Shown piece after piece: positions 18,220-28,291 of a stretch of 36,844 nucleotides of DNA (position 1 is the stretch's first letter; each line of letters opens with the position of its first letter). The stretch lies in the sequence record DRR378314_948. One strand, given 5' to 3'. The notes beneath the pieces are model-generated. The model ran no database searches. It saw nothing but the letters and a program-made list of their open reading frames with translations, and was not told the DNA's origin. A program made the position numbers and the translations under genes.

Positions 18220-19130
18220 AGCAACCACTCCTTCAGTTGGCTGGCCACATCCGGGTGATGAGCCAGACGGATATGGTCGACGCCGAGGAAGCTGGCGACA
18301 CCACTGAGTGCCCAGCCCCTCCGTTCGTGGCCGCGAGCACTGGATTCATGCACCAGTGCATCCCCGAACAGGGCATTGATCGGGTGCTGACGGGACCGCG
18401 CCAGCAGGCCACAGACAACGTAGTGCCGGGTTCCCGGTCGCAAAGGAGGCTCCCCCTCACGCTCGTGAACACACTCCCCGCGGGACAGATTGCGAATACC
18501 CTCACTGCGCAGATCGATCACTTCACCCACCACACGGAGGTACTCCCGTGGCGCCTGGTTCATCAGGTCGGCGGTGGCCTTCGCACCTTTTGCCAACCAG
18601 GAACCGTCGTGTGGCGAACCGATGTAGACGCAGTCGCTGAGCGTCTCAATCCAGCGGTGAGCGCGATGCTGACCACGATGGCAGGCACTGCGGATCAGCA
18701 ACCCACCCATGCTGTGGCCCATCAGGATAATCCGCTCCACAGACACCGGCCAGCGGCTGACCAGAGTCTCCAGGAGGTCAGCGAGATCTTCGCCATTGCG
18801 GTAAATCGGTCGGCCTGTGTTGTAACGGAGGGTAAGCGGTGTGATAGAACCTTCTTCGTCCGCCAGCAGGGAACCATAGTGAGTGTCGGCTTGCCCCGGA
18901 AGATCCCAAACCGTCTCGAGTTCCATCAAACCATGTATGGACAGGCACAGTGTCGAACCAGGCGCATCCACCACGGGTGCCGACACATCAACGGGCGAGC
19001 GCCCATGGAAGACCTCCATGGGCACCGCCAGAGGGTTGTTACGCGCCTCAAGCCAGTCCCCAAGAAACCCACTGAGGATAGCCGAAGCGTGTCTTTGCCA
19101 TACTGGGCTGGTGTCTGTATCCATGCACAA
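18216..19130 (-). CDS. Alpha/beta hydrolase (lipase/PGAP1-like)
   Basis: IHGLM oxyanion motif, LRYNTG, nucleophile GHSMGG, GSPHDGS, GDALV and a C-terminal His (DHIRLAHHP). Confidence 0.85.
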   Translation of the reverse strand: MCMDTDTSPVWQRHASAILSGFLGDWLEARNNPLAVPMEVFHGRSPVDVSAPVVDAPGSTLCLSIHGLMELETVWDLPGQADTHYGSLLADEEGSITPLTLRYNTGRPIYRNGEDLADLLETLVSRWPVSVERIILMGHSMGGLLIRSACHRGQHRAHRWIETLSDCVYIGSPHDGSWLAKGAKATADLMNQAPREYLRVVGEVIDLRSEGIRNLSRGECVHEREGEPPLRPGTRHYVVCGLLARSRQHPINALFGDALVHESSARGHERRGWALSGVASFLGVDHIRLAHHPDVASQLKEWLL

Positions 19131-19227
19131 CCGCTACCGTTTGAGGAGTTATCACCAGTCTACTCCGATAACGGCATTAACGATTGGCTGAATTTTCACC
19201 AATTTACGGCGTCGGGGCAACTGCCGC

Positions 19228-20547
19228 TCAATGGCCCCGACCGGCAAACCCCATGCAGTTGGCGTAGAACGTTGTGGTGGCCGGCCAGTCCGAAAAGATA
19301 CCAATGACCCCAACCTCCCGGGCCAGCACATCAATCACGTTGAACACGTCACCGTCGTTGTTGATGGCGTCGGTGATGGTCTGGTGATACCAACCACCGC
19401 CATTGGCCAATGGACCGCTACGCTCAACCGTCCAGGCGATCATATCCAGCCCCGCCGCCCTGGCGTTTTCGGCGTATTCCGACGGCACGATCTGTTGGTG
19501 GCCGTCCAGGGTCAACATCTTCCACAGCGCGGGCGCCAGGATATTCACGCCCTGTGCCGAGAGGCTCTCCATCCACGCCAGGGACGAGTTCTCCGGCGTC
19601 AGCGGTTCCTGGTCCAGAAATACCGCCTGTCGGCCAAATCGGGGTGTTTCGTTGATCCAGAACAGAACATCATCCAGCAGGAACGACTGCGGCCAGACAT
19701 CCCTCGGGTTCACGCCGGCGTCGACGTAGTCCTGTATCATCTGGCGGGCGTAGTCTTCCTGGCTGTAGTCGCCCTCGTAGGGCATCTCCACCACCGGCGT
19801 TTTCAGTTCCGGCGTAAACTTCACACCCAGGCGTTTGAAGAGTTCGATGCTTTCCTTATGAGTCAACAGAGTGCCGCGGCTACTGTAGAGTTCGGTACGC
19901 CAGTCTGCCGTGCCTTCCAGGTACTCCTCAGGCGTGGTTGCCATGGGATTGAAGGCGTCCATCTTGCCTTCGAGGGATTTGAATTCCTCAAGCGTGATAT
20001 CGCTGGTGCGGCACTCCGCCTGCGCCTCAGTGCCACTTGCCGGGTCCGCAGGCACAAATGGCTGCGTGCACTTGGCGTTCAGTTCCGGAATCGTTACGAT
20101 GTTGGTGGTGGTATGGAGATCGTTCTGGGCGTGACGGCAGACCAGTTCCCGATCCTTGGTAAAGGCAACGTCGCACTCAAGGATACCAGCCCCCATCTGG
20201 GCGGCCGCAACGTAGGATTCAAGCGTGTGTTCCGGGAACTGCAACGGCGCGCCCCGATGGCCGATGGAGAAATCCGTGGGCCGGGCCTTCTCGGCGCGGC
20301 AGGACTGGAGCCTGTCTTTCAGCCGCCCCTCATCCATGTCTTCCACCAGCCAGAAAGGGCGTGGTCCCAGGTGAACCTCGCGTTTACCACGGTGGTGTCT
20401 GTCTTTCAGGTCCGGCCACTTGTCGTGCCATTTTTCAAGGCCCGGCGGTGTCCAGTGTTCACCCTTGCCATGCCAATCCGGGCTCGCATTGGCAACGGAG
20501 AAAAGAGGCATCAGTAATGCCATAACCAGTAACGTGCGTAACTTCAT
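19228..20547 (-). CDS. Secreted glycerophosphodiester phosphodiesterase (GlpQ-like)
   Basis: Signal peptide MKLRTLL...ANA; IGHRGA, PEHT, ECDV.FTKD..LVCRH, PELK and GIFSDWP; RBS GGGAG before ATG 20547. Confidence 0.92.
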   Translation of the reverse strand: MKLRTLLVMALLMPLFSVANASPDWHGKGEHWTPPGLEKWHDKWPDLKDRHHRGKREVHLGPRPFWLVEDMDEGRLKDRLQSCRAEKARPTDFSIGHRGAPLQFPEHTLESYVAAAQMGAGILECDVAFTKDRELVCRHAQNDLHTTTNIVTIPELNAKCTQPFVPADPASGTEAQAECRTSDITLEEFKSLEGKMDAFNPMATTPEEYLEGTADWRTELYSSRGTLLTHKESIELFKRLGVKFTPELKTPVVEMPYEGDYSQEDYARQMIQDYVDAGVNPRDVWPQSFLLDDVLFWINETPRFGRQAVFLDQEPLTPENSSLAWMESLSAQGVNILAPALWKMLTLDGHQQIVPSEYAENARAAGLDMIAWTVERSGPLANGGGWYHQTITDAINNDGDVFNVIDVLAREVGVIGIFSDWPATTTFYANCMGFAGRGH

Positions 20548-20600
20548 AACAAGCTCCCTGTGCGATGAATGGTACTGCACGGCTATTGTCGGCGCGGGGG

Positions 20601-20629
20601 GTTACGTTGAGGTGACGATCATGTGACTG
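20601..20629 (-). promoter_or_regulatory. Pho box-like tandem direct repeat upstream of the glycerophosphodiesterase
   Basis: Minus strand CAGTCAC-ATGA-TCGTCAC-CTCA-ACGTAAC (11-bp period), followed by a GACAAT -10-like hexamer. Confidence 0.6.
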
Positions 20630-21119
20630 GCGCGTCCGTGCCACTTTCCCGTGCGTCTGTTTCTTCTTTGGCTCGGGCCTTTTCGGCTTCCGCTTCCTTC
20701 ATCAGGACCATGCCGCCCTGCAACAACAGCGACTTCAGGCGCGGATCGCCCTGCTCCACCACACCCAGCGTGAATGCCGCAAACGCCGCTTCCAGTGGAT
20801 TGTTGCGAACAAGATCCCTGATGGCATCCACCGGTGAGTTGGAAGACGGGCCTTCACCCTCACTGGCGGTTTTCTTGGACGTAGCTGGGCGGGTCATTCG
20901 GTAGAAGAACAACGCCAGCAAAAACAGGCAGGACACACCCGTCACCGCCATGGCACCAGCCTCACCTATCAAAGGTGATAAAGCCAGCGTGGCGGCATTG
21001 ACGAGCATATAGAAGCCGGTGATCAACAGGGCGACCAGCAACACAAAGGCCAACATGAAACCGATGATGGCCGCGACTGCCTTGCGCAGGACACCCTGTA
21101 ACCAGGCGGAATCAGGCAT
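20619..21119 (-). CDS. Hypothetical membrane protein (YqjE/YqjK-like partner of the DUF883 gene)
   Basis: Two TM helices then a soluble tail; begins 2 nt after the DUF883 stop. Confidence 0.65.
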   Translation of the reverse strand: MPDSAWLQGVLRKAVAAIIGFMLAFVLLVALLITGFYMLVNAATLALSPLIGEAGAMAVTGVSCLFLLALFFYRMTRPATSKKTASEGEGPSSNSPVDAIRDLVRNNPLEAAFAAFTLGVVEQGDPRLKSLLLQGGMVLMKEAEAEKARAKEETDARESGTDAPVT

Positions 21120-21121
21120 GA

Positions 21122-21445
21122 TCAGCGGTCCAGCAATCGGCCAACTAACAGGCCTGCGAGGAACATGAGCACAACGCTCAGGAACGGCCGTTCCTCAATC
21201 TTGTGCTCAACATCGTGCACTGCCTTGCTGCTTGCATCCCGGGCACGGTTGAAAGCCTCATCGCCGTGCTGCCGGACCTGATCAAAGGCCTCACGGCTTT
21301 CCCGGCGAATTTCATCACGAAGGCTGCTGATATTACTCTTCTGCCCATCGGCGACAGCCTTGGTGAGTTTGGAAAGATCTTCGCGGAGTTGCTTCAGGTC
21401 TTGCCTGACCTGCTCGTACTCGTTCTGGTTGGATTTCGCTTCCAT
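21122..21445 (-). CDS. DUF883 / ElaB-YqjD family tail-anchored protein
   Basis: N-terminal coiled coil (DLKQLREDLSKL) and C-terminal IEERPFLSVVLMFLAGLLVGRLL; RBS AAGGAGG. Confidence 0.88.
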   Translation of the reverse strand: MEAKSNQNEYEQVRQDLKQLREDLSKLTKAVADGQKSNISSLRDEIRRESREAFDQVRQHGDEAFNRARDASSKAVHDVEHKIEERPFLSVVLMFLAGLLVGRLLDR

Positions 21446-21649
21446 TTGTTGCCTCCTTATCAGTAAGTTGTACTGCTATTTCGGCTTTCGGTAACGATTC
21501 ACATTGTCTACTGAATACCTGCATCAGGGTTGCCCTGACAGAGCCAGCATTCAGCAACCATGGAAAGATGTAGAACGACCACGGCTAAACCCACTGTAGC
21601 ATAAGGTATGGGGCGGTATATGAAGACCTCGTAATTGAGCGCCCCAGGC

Positions 21650-22501
21650 TCACGGCGCCCCGGGTTCGTCATTGCGAATCCGCAGAAAACTGGCAAATCG
21701 GGGAAGGCCCGTCGACGTGAAGCCGTAATATTTGTAGGTAATGGTAGCCCCAACCGGTGGCGGATTTTCCCGTTGCTCATCGCTGAACCCGGTGCCGATG
21801 TGGAACTGGCGGCCATCATCCTCCCGTCTTACCCGTACCGACCCGAGCATGCCCTCGTATTTGCCGCTGCCGGCAAGATGCGCCACCACCACCGCCTCGG
21901 CATCGTCGTAACGCTTCACCTTCAACAGATCATCCGAACGGCCGGCCGAGTGAAGGCTGCCGCCGCGCCGCAACATCAAACCCTCGCCGCCTTCGGACAC
22001 CAGCGTGTCCAGTGCCGACATCAAACGCTCATGATCTGTCGCCCTGCGTTGCGCCACCATGGCCAGATATGGCGAGGGTGACGGCTGCAGCAACGCCTTC
22101 ATAGCCGCAATACGCTCAGAAAACGGCTGATTGAGCGTCGGAAGGTCAAACACCATAAACCGGATCTGTCGCCAACTGGGATCGACCGGCTCCAGCCGGC
22201 GCACCGCCCCGGACAACTCTGCAAATCGGGCACGCCCCATCCAAAGCTCGCCGTCCATGGGCACATCGGGAAAGCCCATCGTAAACCAGTCCGGCGCCCG
22301 ATACTCGTTGCCACCACGGGACCAGAAGCGCTCACCGTTCCAATAGGCCCGTACACCGTCCAGTTTCTCGCTTACCCAATAATCATCGAGGGCAACGCCC
22401 TCCTCGTAAACTCCGGCCAGCGCCAGTTCCGGTGGCTCTGCATGGGCGTTGGCCGCCGCAAAGAGGGCGAAAACAAACCAGAACGGAATCAGGTGCCGCA
22501 T
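21650..22501 (-). CDS. Minimal ATP-dependent DNA ligase with signal peptide (Lig E type)
   Basis: Signal peptide ending ANAHA; motif I SEKLDGVRA, DGELW, FMVFD, GEGLMLR, LLKVK, OB domain IGTGFSD and LPRFASF. Confidence 0.92.
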   Translation of the reverse strand: MRHLIPFWFVFALFAAANAHAEPPELALAGVYEEGVALDDYWVSEKLDGVRAYWNGERFWSRGGNEYRAPDWFTMGFPDVPMDGELWMGRARFAELSGAVRRLEPVDPSWRQIRFMVFDLPTLNQPFSERIAAMKALLQPSPSPYLAMVAQRRATDHERLMSALDTLVSEGGEGLMLRRGGSLHSAGRSDDLLKVKRYDDAEAVVVAHLAGSGKYEGMLGSVRVRREDDGRQFHIGTGFSDEQRENPPPVGATITYKYYGFTSTGLPRFASFLRIRNDEPGAP

Positions 22502-22932
22502 TCACTTTGAACCTTGGCACGAAACTCCCGACGGATTTGTTCGTTCTCCTCGTCGTCGACGTACTCACGTTCGCCATCCTTGTTCAGCCGGTACATACCT
22601 GAAACACTCTTAAGGTGCTTTAACCGCGCCCGCAATGACTCACACAGAGCTTCATGCTTCGCCGCTTTCGCCTCTTGCTTGGCTTTCGCTTCATTGCGCT
22701 CAGCCCGCTCCCGCTCGGTTTGCTCGAGGAACTCATTCATCCGTTGCTTGCGCGCGCGGGCATCGGCATCCGAAGACGGCGCAGGGGCTTTCAGCTCCAC
22801 TTCATCAGAGGCTGCGTTCGCCGGCGGCCGATCCCCGAAGTGGGTCTGGCCGTTTTCATCGACCCAGCGGTAGGTACCGGCCTGGGTGATTGGGGTGATT
22901 AGTAGGCAGAGGAGGATTAGGATTCCTTTCAT
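22489..22932 (-). CDS. DUF4124 domain-containing exported protein
   Basis: Signal peptide, then YRWVDENGQTHFGDRPP, a coiled coil and a Cys pair; start set at ATG 22932. Confidence 0.85.
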   Translation of the reverse strand: MKGILILLCLLITPITQAGTYRWVDENGQTHFGDRPPANAASDEVELKAPAPSSDADARARKQRMNEFLEQTERERAERNEAKAKQEAKAAKHEALCESLRARLKHLKSVSGMYRLNKDGEREYVDDEENEQIRREFRAKVQSECGT

Positions 22933-23001
22933 AAACTTGATTCCATATCGAGAAATTTGTATCAGTAACACGCTCTTGCGTATATCAGACCGCTGGCAGC
23001 A

Positions 23002-26000
23002 CTACCCAGCCAACAGTCGATCTTGCAGCTCCCGAACCGCCCTTAGCACACGACTCATTTCGTTCTGGGTTTTCAGATCAAGATCCAGCTTGCCATCCAT
23101 GGTTTGCACCAAAGGTACAATCGCTTCCTCAAAGATCCGTGCAAAGGCCATCAGGGCATCGCCTACCTGGGGCGGGCTGTCAAGGTTAACGGTGACAGCG
23201 GGGTTGAGCTGAACCGTCTGCAGACCCTCGATCAGGCCAGTCTCCATGGAACGTGACAGTTGGCCCAGGGCCTTTTCGAGATCCGGGGTTTGCTCCTTGC
23301 GGCTATCCTGGCCCGACGCCAACTGGTGGGCTAGTTGCTGCATGTGCTCCCCAATCAGTCCTAGCTGGCGCACCACCTTCACACCGGTTTCCTCATCGCC
23401 GCCGGCTTCCTGACGACGACGGTATTCTTCACAGATCGCCTGCCAACGAGCCGCATCAGCCTCGGTCAGGGTGCCGCGCATCTGTTTCAGCTTGAGCAGG
23501 TTCTCTTCCGCCCCCTGGGTCAGCAACTGGGCTTCACCCTGATAGTGGTCGTCAATCAGGGCTTCGAGTTCGCTATCACTCATTACTGGCGAAAGCTTTT
23601 CCGCCAGTTTGTTCATGTTGCGGTAACTGCCCTGGAGCTTGAAGGTCGGCTCGGTGCGATAGGCTTCCGCCTGGGCACTGGAGGCAATATAGGCCTGGTT
23701 TACCCGGAGCACGGTCTCCCGCACCCGGATCATTTTCCTGAGCAGGGAAACGACTTCATCCCGCTCGGCCGCGCTGTAATCATACTCGAAGTCAGAATCC
23801 GCCACCGCCTTGCCTTCGGCCAGATCCGCAAATCGGTAAAAGTCCGCCATACCACGAGTGGCCAGGGGGGCCAGCACCGGGTTGGAGCTCAGGCTGTTTT
23901 CAATGTACGACAGGGCAAACGCGTGCTCCATGCCTGAGAGCACATCGCCCAGGTTGTAGATATCCGCCCGGTTGGCAAGCATGTCCGGCACTTTGAACAT
24001 CTCACCGCTCTCGGTGTAGGGGTTACCGGCCATGACCACGCAGAAACGTTTGCCCCGCATGTCGTAGGTGCGGGTGCGGCCACGCCATACGCCTTCAATA
24101 CGCCGGGTGCCGTCACACAGGGAAATGAATTTCTGCAAAAACTCGGGATGGGTGTGCTGAATATCGTCGAGATACAGCATCACGTTGTTGCCCATTTCCA
24201 GGGCCAGGTTCAGTTTGATCAGCTCCGCCTCGGCGGTGGAATGCGGTGCCTTCTCTGGGTCCAGGGACGTCACGTCATGGCCCAGGCTCGGGCAGTTGAT
24301 CTTCATGAAGATCAGGCCCAGGCGGTTGGCCACGTATTCCATCAGGGTGGTTTTACCGTAACCGGGAGGCGAGATCATCATCAGCAGGCCGGACTGGTCG
24401 GTTCTCCGGTCTTCACCAGCCGTACCCATCTGCTTGGCGAGGTTATCACCGATGATGGGCAGGTAGCTTTCGCTGATCAGTTTGTTACGCACGAAAGAAG
24501 ACAGCGGCCTTGGGCGGAATTCCTCCAGACGAAGCTGGTCGCGCCAGCGCTCCAGCACCTTGTGGCGGACTTCCTGCAGTTGCTGCCAGCCAGGAATGAT
24601 TTCCTGGCGGTGATAGCGCAGGCGCTCATCAAACTCGTCCAGTTGCAGGCTAAGGGTCCGTTCTTCAATCCGTGAATGCTGACCAAGCAACCCCTCCACA
24701 TGGAATGCCAGCTCCACGCTACGTACGCTGGTTTTCAGGGCCTCATTCACATTCAGTATGGCCACCACTTCCGGCAGGTAATGCAGAAGGTGCTGCTGAT
24801 CCGCCTTGTTCATCCAGGCCTTCAGCCAGTGGCTGGTAATGGTCCAGCGTGCCGCGGGTTGGCCGGCCACTGCGTCAAGGGCATTCCGGTACTGGGCATA
24901 CTGATTGTCCCGCTTCAAGGCTTCGGTAAAACCGGAGGCCAGTTCACTGGCGTAGCGGGTAATCTCGAAGGTGTCGGTCTCTTCCGCCAGTTGCCGCACA
25001 AGGTATTGGGCAGCGGAATCGATCAGCGTGCGTTCGGCGCTGCCTTTGTCCGCCAGTAACAACCCGTGCGCTTCCACGAATTCGGATAGTTTCGGGCCAA
25101 GCTCCTGCTCCAGGGATTGCCGCAGTTCGTTCGACTGCATCAGGCGGCTGAGGATACCGGCCGACAGGCAACGGGCGCGAATTTGCCGCGCAAGCGCCTC
25201 TTGCTGGCTCAGTTCAGCCCAGAACAACATCGCCAATGCCCGCGAGCGAGGGCTGAACCGGAGCAGGCCAGCACTCTGGATGGCGGGCCACAGGGTGCTG
25301 ACAATCAAAGCCGCATCGTGATCGTGGATGCCCTTTTCATACCCTTCCCGGTAACGGGGTGAGGCAAAGCTGCGAATATGGCCGGTCAGTTCGTCCAGGT
25401 CGGCCACATTCACCGGCAGATCGGACGTTTTCTGGAACTCTTCAATCACCAGGGCCGCCAGGTATTCCCCCCGGTAAACACTGTCGGATTCGGACGGCTG
25501 GCTCATGTTCCAGTAGCCCCGCAGGCGGTCCAGCTCCGGCTCGTCCAGCCGCTCGTAATACTGGGTACCGGTCAGGTGCAGCAGCACATGGTCATCCCGC
25601 GGAATCAGTGTCAGGTCCAGCTCCTGCTGGTTGACGCTGAACTTGTGCTTGCCCAGGCGGATAACCGCACCGCCATCCTCGAAGATATCCGCCTTGTCCC
25701 GAACACTGCGAAGGGCGGTATCCTGGGCCGCCTTCAACTGGCCCAGGCAATCGTCCGCCTCCATGGCAGCACCCAGATCCCGCAACTCCCCGGCCATGCT
25801 GCGCAGCCGGGACACCATGGCGTCCGAGGCGAAGAAGGCGTGCAATTCTTCCGGGCTGGCGAAGCGTTCGGTACGGCGGCGGACATTTTTCAGGATGCGC
25901 TCAGCGGCATCCGTCAATGTGGTGACCCGGCGCTGCTGCTGATCCTGCAGCTGTTGGCGGCGGGCTTCGATGCTCTCGTGGGCGTTTTCGCGCTGTTCCA

Positions 26001-28251
26001 GGATAGCGGCCAGGAACTCATCGTATTCGCCGAACTGGCTTTCCAGTTCCTGTAGCTGATCGAGCATGCGGGTCATCAACCCGTCACACTCACGCACATC
26101 CATCAGGGTGCTGACGCCGTTGGCCAGGCTCTGTTCGAACAACCGGAGGCGCGCGGCAAACTGAGCCCTGGCCTCGGTACTGCCCTGCTCCTTCAGGCGG
26201 ATTTCCGCTTCTGAGCGCTGCTGGTTGATGGTGGCGTAGATGCCGGAAATGTTGTTGGTAATGGCGGTTTCCAGTGCCGCATCATCGCCCGCCATGGACG
26301 CCAACATTCCCTGAATCATATCAAGGCCCGACGTCAGCTCCCGATAGCGTTTAACGATTTTTTCCAGGGCGTCCCGGTTTTCCGCTTCAGCCAGGTCGGC
26401 CTGAAGCTCGCTCAACGTTTTGCGGTAGCCGTCCAGGGCCTCGGGCGACGCCAGGAAACGGAACGTTCGCTCGGTCAGGCTCTCCTCCGCGTCGGAGAGC
26501 TCTTTTTCCAGTGTTTCAATACGAGGTTTGTCGGCGTAGCGACGATCATTCAGGGTGCGAACCCGGCCCCGGTGTTCCCGCAGGCGGGCCAGGTAGCTGA
26601 CGAACTGGTCGGGGGCTTTCCAGCTGTCTGGCTTCATGTCCCTCATCAGGGACGCCTGCTCGTCCGCCACCTCTTTGATGGCGGTCGCCGTCTGCGCACG
26701 GATGCTCTGGACCTTTTCGTACTCATCCAGCACCAGTTCGGCGGTGCCGCGAATGGTGGTAAGTTGCTGGTGGAGCCCTGTAAACAGCTGCTCTTCCTGG
26801 CGGCCAGACAGCCAGAAAAACTGATCAAGGATACGGTCGATGGTTCGAATCAGGCCGGTAAAATGGCGCTCGCTGGCGCTCTTCGACGCCACCAGGCCAA
26901 TCACAGTGTTGAGTTCCGCAATACCTCGAACCAGTTCCGGGTTACCGATTCGCGCCAGTTCCGAATCGTTGGCCACGCTCGCCTCGGCATGATAGCTCTC
27001 TGACGTGAATGGGGTTTCCCAGACCTGCAGCGGGTGCACCAGGGTAGGTTCGCTGTCGGCGTTGAAGATCACCAGATGGCCATTTTCGAACAGGGCGTAA
27101 CCGTGCCCGGCAAGCGGTACGTCAACCTGTTTGCGGATCAGGTTATAGCGGTAGAGGATGACCTGCCCGGTGAGTTGCTCAAAAAATACGTAGAGCATAT
27201 CCTCGCCATTCGGCGCCCGCAGGGTTCTTTTGAGGCGGAAGTCACCCTCGGGAATCTGGAAGGTCTTCAGCTCACCGGTCGTCAGGTACGAGCCGGAGGG
27301 AAAGATAAGGCCATGGTTATCGGGCAGGGATGCAACCGAGCCGGCCATGGCATCCACTCGCTCTATCCTGCGCTGGCTGCGGTTGAACAGGTAGTAACGC
27401 CAGCGCTCCTCGTTGAAGGGCAGGATCCGAACCAGCAGGATCTCACCCAGGTCGGCATAGTCGAACGAGGCGTCGTCCAGGGACTGAGAATCGGACTCTA
27501 CCGGGTCTGCATAGATGCCCTCTCCCGTTGCGGTATTGTTCTCCACCTTGAACGTGATATCGCCCCGCAGGTTATCCACAAACAGGGTGTCGGCAATGTT
27601 CAGATGCGGTGAACGGCCTTGAACCTGGCTGTCGCGACCCACGGTTTTCCACGGAAAACTGAAACGATCCGGATAGGTAAGATCCCGCTCACCACGGTTA
27701 TCGATATACCGGCTCACCTCGCCATCGGGTTTCAGCTCCCAGCGGAATACCCGCAGGTCGTCCAGCTTGTCACCGATGCGGAAGGCCATTAACAGCATGC
27801 CCTTGAGAATGACCAGCTGTGACAGGGTGGCCGTATTGTAGTACTGCTGCAGCTCCCGGAAATCGGTCGCAAACCGATCATTGCTCAGGAAGGAGCCGTC
27901 GATGGCGGCTTCGGTCATTTCGAAACCACTGTCGCCATCGTTCAGGTGATACAACCTGAAGACATCCTCAATGGCCAGGGTCTTGCGTAGCCCCAACTGC
28001 AGGTTGAAGCCGAACAGCAGTTTGTCCCCCAGACGCACCACATCCCGCGCCACCGCATTGCTTTCGGTTCTCGCCCGGGCACGGCCCAGCACACTCATGC
28101 CGGCGCTGCCGAAGATGTCCTCCCGCGCCTTGTTCAGCCCGGAAACCCGCTCCCTGAGCTGCTCGCCCTGATCAACGAGCCGTCGCTGAATGGTTTCAAA
28201 GGCAGAGCCTTCCTGAACAATGCTCTCGAGGCCGGTGCGATCCGTCGACAT
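23002..28251 (-). CDS. Giant AAA+ ATPase (DUF3686-type, often labelled DNA repair ATPase)
   Basis: 1749 aa: beta-rich N-terminal region, long coiled coils, AAA+ core SPPGYGKT / MLYLDD / VMAGNP / LANRAD, C-terminal coiled coil. Confidence 0.85.
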   Translation of the reverse strand: MSTDRTGLESIVQEGSAFETIQRRLVDQGEQLRERVSGLNKAREDIFGSAGMSVLGRARARTESNAVARDVVRLGDKLLFGFNLQLGLRKTLAIEDVFRLYHLNDGDSGFEMTEAAIDGSFLSNDRFATDFRELQQYYNTATLSQLVILKGMLLMAFRIGDKLDDLRVFRWELKPDGEVSRYIDNRGERDLTYPDRFSFPWKTVGRDSQVQGRSPHLNIADTLFVDNLRGDITFKVENNTATGEGIYADPVESDSQSLDDASFDYADLGEILLVRILPFNEERWRYYLFNRSQRRIERVDAMAGSVASLPDNHGLIFPSGSYLTTGELKTFQIPEGDFRLKRTLRAPNGEDMLYVFFEQLTGQVILYRYNLIRKQVDVPLAGHGYALFENGHLVIFNADSEPTLVHPLQVWETPFTSESYHAEASVANDSELARIGNPELVRGIAELNTVIGLVASKSASERHFTGLIRTIDRILDQFFWLSGRQEEQLFTGLHQQLTTIRGTAELVLDEYEKVQSIRAQTATAIKEVADEQASLMRDMKPDSWKAPDQFVSYLARLREHRGRVRTLNDRRYADKPRIETLEKELSDAEESLTERTFRFLASPEALDGYRKTLSELQADLAEAENRDALEKIVKRYRELTSGLDMIQGMLASMAGDDAALETAITNNISGIYATINQQRSEAEIRLKEQGSTEARAQFAARLRLFEQSLANGVSTLMDVRECDGLMTRMLDQLQELESQFGEYDEFLAAILEQRENAHESIEARRQQLQDQQQRRVTTLTDAAERILKNVRRRTERFASPEELHAFFASDAMVSRLRSMAGELRDLGAAMEADDCLGQLKAAQDTALRSVRDKADIFEDGGAVIRLGKHKFSVNQQELDLTLIPRDDHVLLHLTGTQYYERLDEPELDRLRGYWNMSQPSESDSVYRGEYLAALVIEEFQKTSDLPVNVADLDELTGHIRSFASPRYREGYEKGIHDHDAALIVSTLWPAIQSAGLLRFSPRSRALAMLFWAELSQQEALARQIRARCLSAGILSRLMQSNELRQSLEQELGPKLSEFVEAHGLLLADKGSAERTLIDSAAQYLVRQLAEETDTFEITRYASELASGFTEALKRDNQYAQYRNALDAVAGQPAARWTITSHWLKAWMNKADQQHLLHYLPEVVAILNVNEALKTSVRSVELAFHVEGLLGQHSRIEERTLSLQLDEFDERLRYHRQEIIPGWQQLQEVRHKVLERWRDQLRLEEFRPRPLSSFVRNKLISESYLPIIGDNLAKQMGTAGEDRRTDQSGLLMMISPPGYGKTTLMEYVANRLGLIFMKINCPSLGHDVTSLDPEKAPHSTAEAELIKLNLALEMGNNVMLYLDDIQHTHPEFLQKFISLCDGTRRIEGVWRGRTRTYDMRGKRFCVVMAGNPYTESGEMFKVPDMLANRADIYNLGDVLSGMEHAFALSYIENSLSSNPVLAPLATRGMADFYRFADLAEGKAVADSDFEYDYSAAERDEVVSLLRKMIRVRETVLRVNQAYIASSAQAEAYRTEPTFKLQGSYRNMNKLAEKLSPVMSDSELEALIDDHYQGEAQLLTQGAEENLLKLKQMRGTLTEADAARWQAICEEYRRRQEAGGDEETGVKVVRQLGLIGEHMQQLAHQLASGQDSRKEQTPDLEKALGQLSRSMETGLIEGLQTVQLNPAVTVNLDSPPQVGDALMAFARIFEEAIVPLVQTMDGKLDLDLKTQNEMSRVLRAVRELQDRLLAG

Positions 28252-28291
28252 ACCAAATCATCCTGAACGTAGGGAAAACCTGAATGGTGAA

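Noticed and set aside
18237-20517. Long plus-strand ORFs 18237-19307 (356 aa) and 19231-20517 (428 aa)
   Set aside because: Antisense shadows of the lipase and glycerophosphodiesterase genes, with no motifs; typical of GC-rich DNA
21650-28251. DNA ligase plus so-called DNA repair ATPase as a DNA-repair operon
   Set aside because: The ligase has an export signal, and the ATPase lacks DNA-processing motifs and is tied to flotillin; they are probably in different compartments
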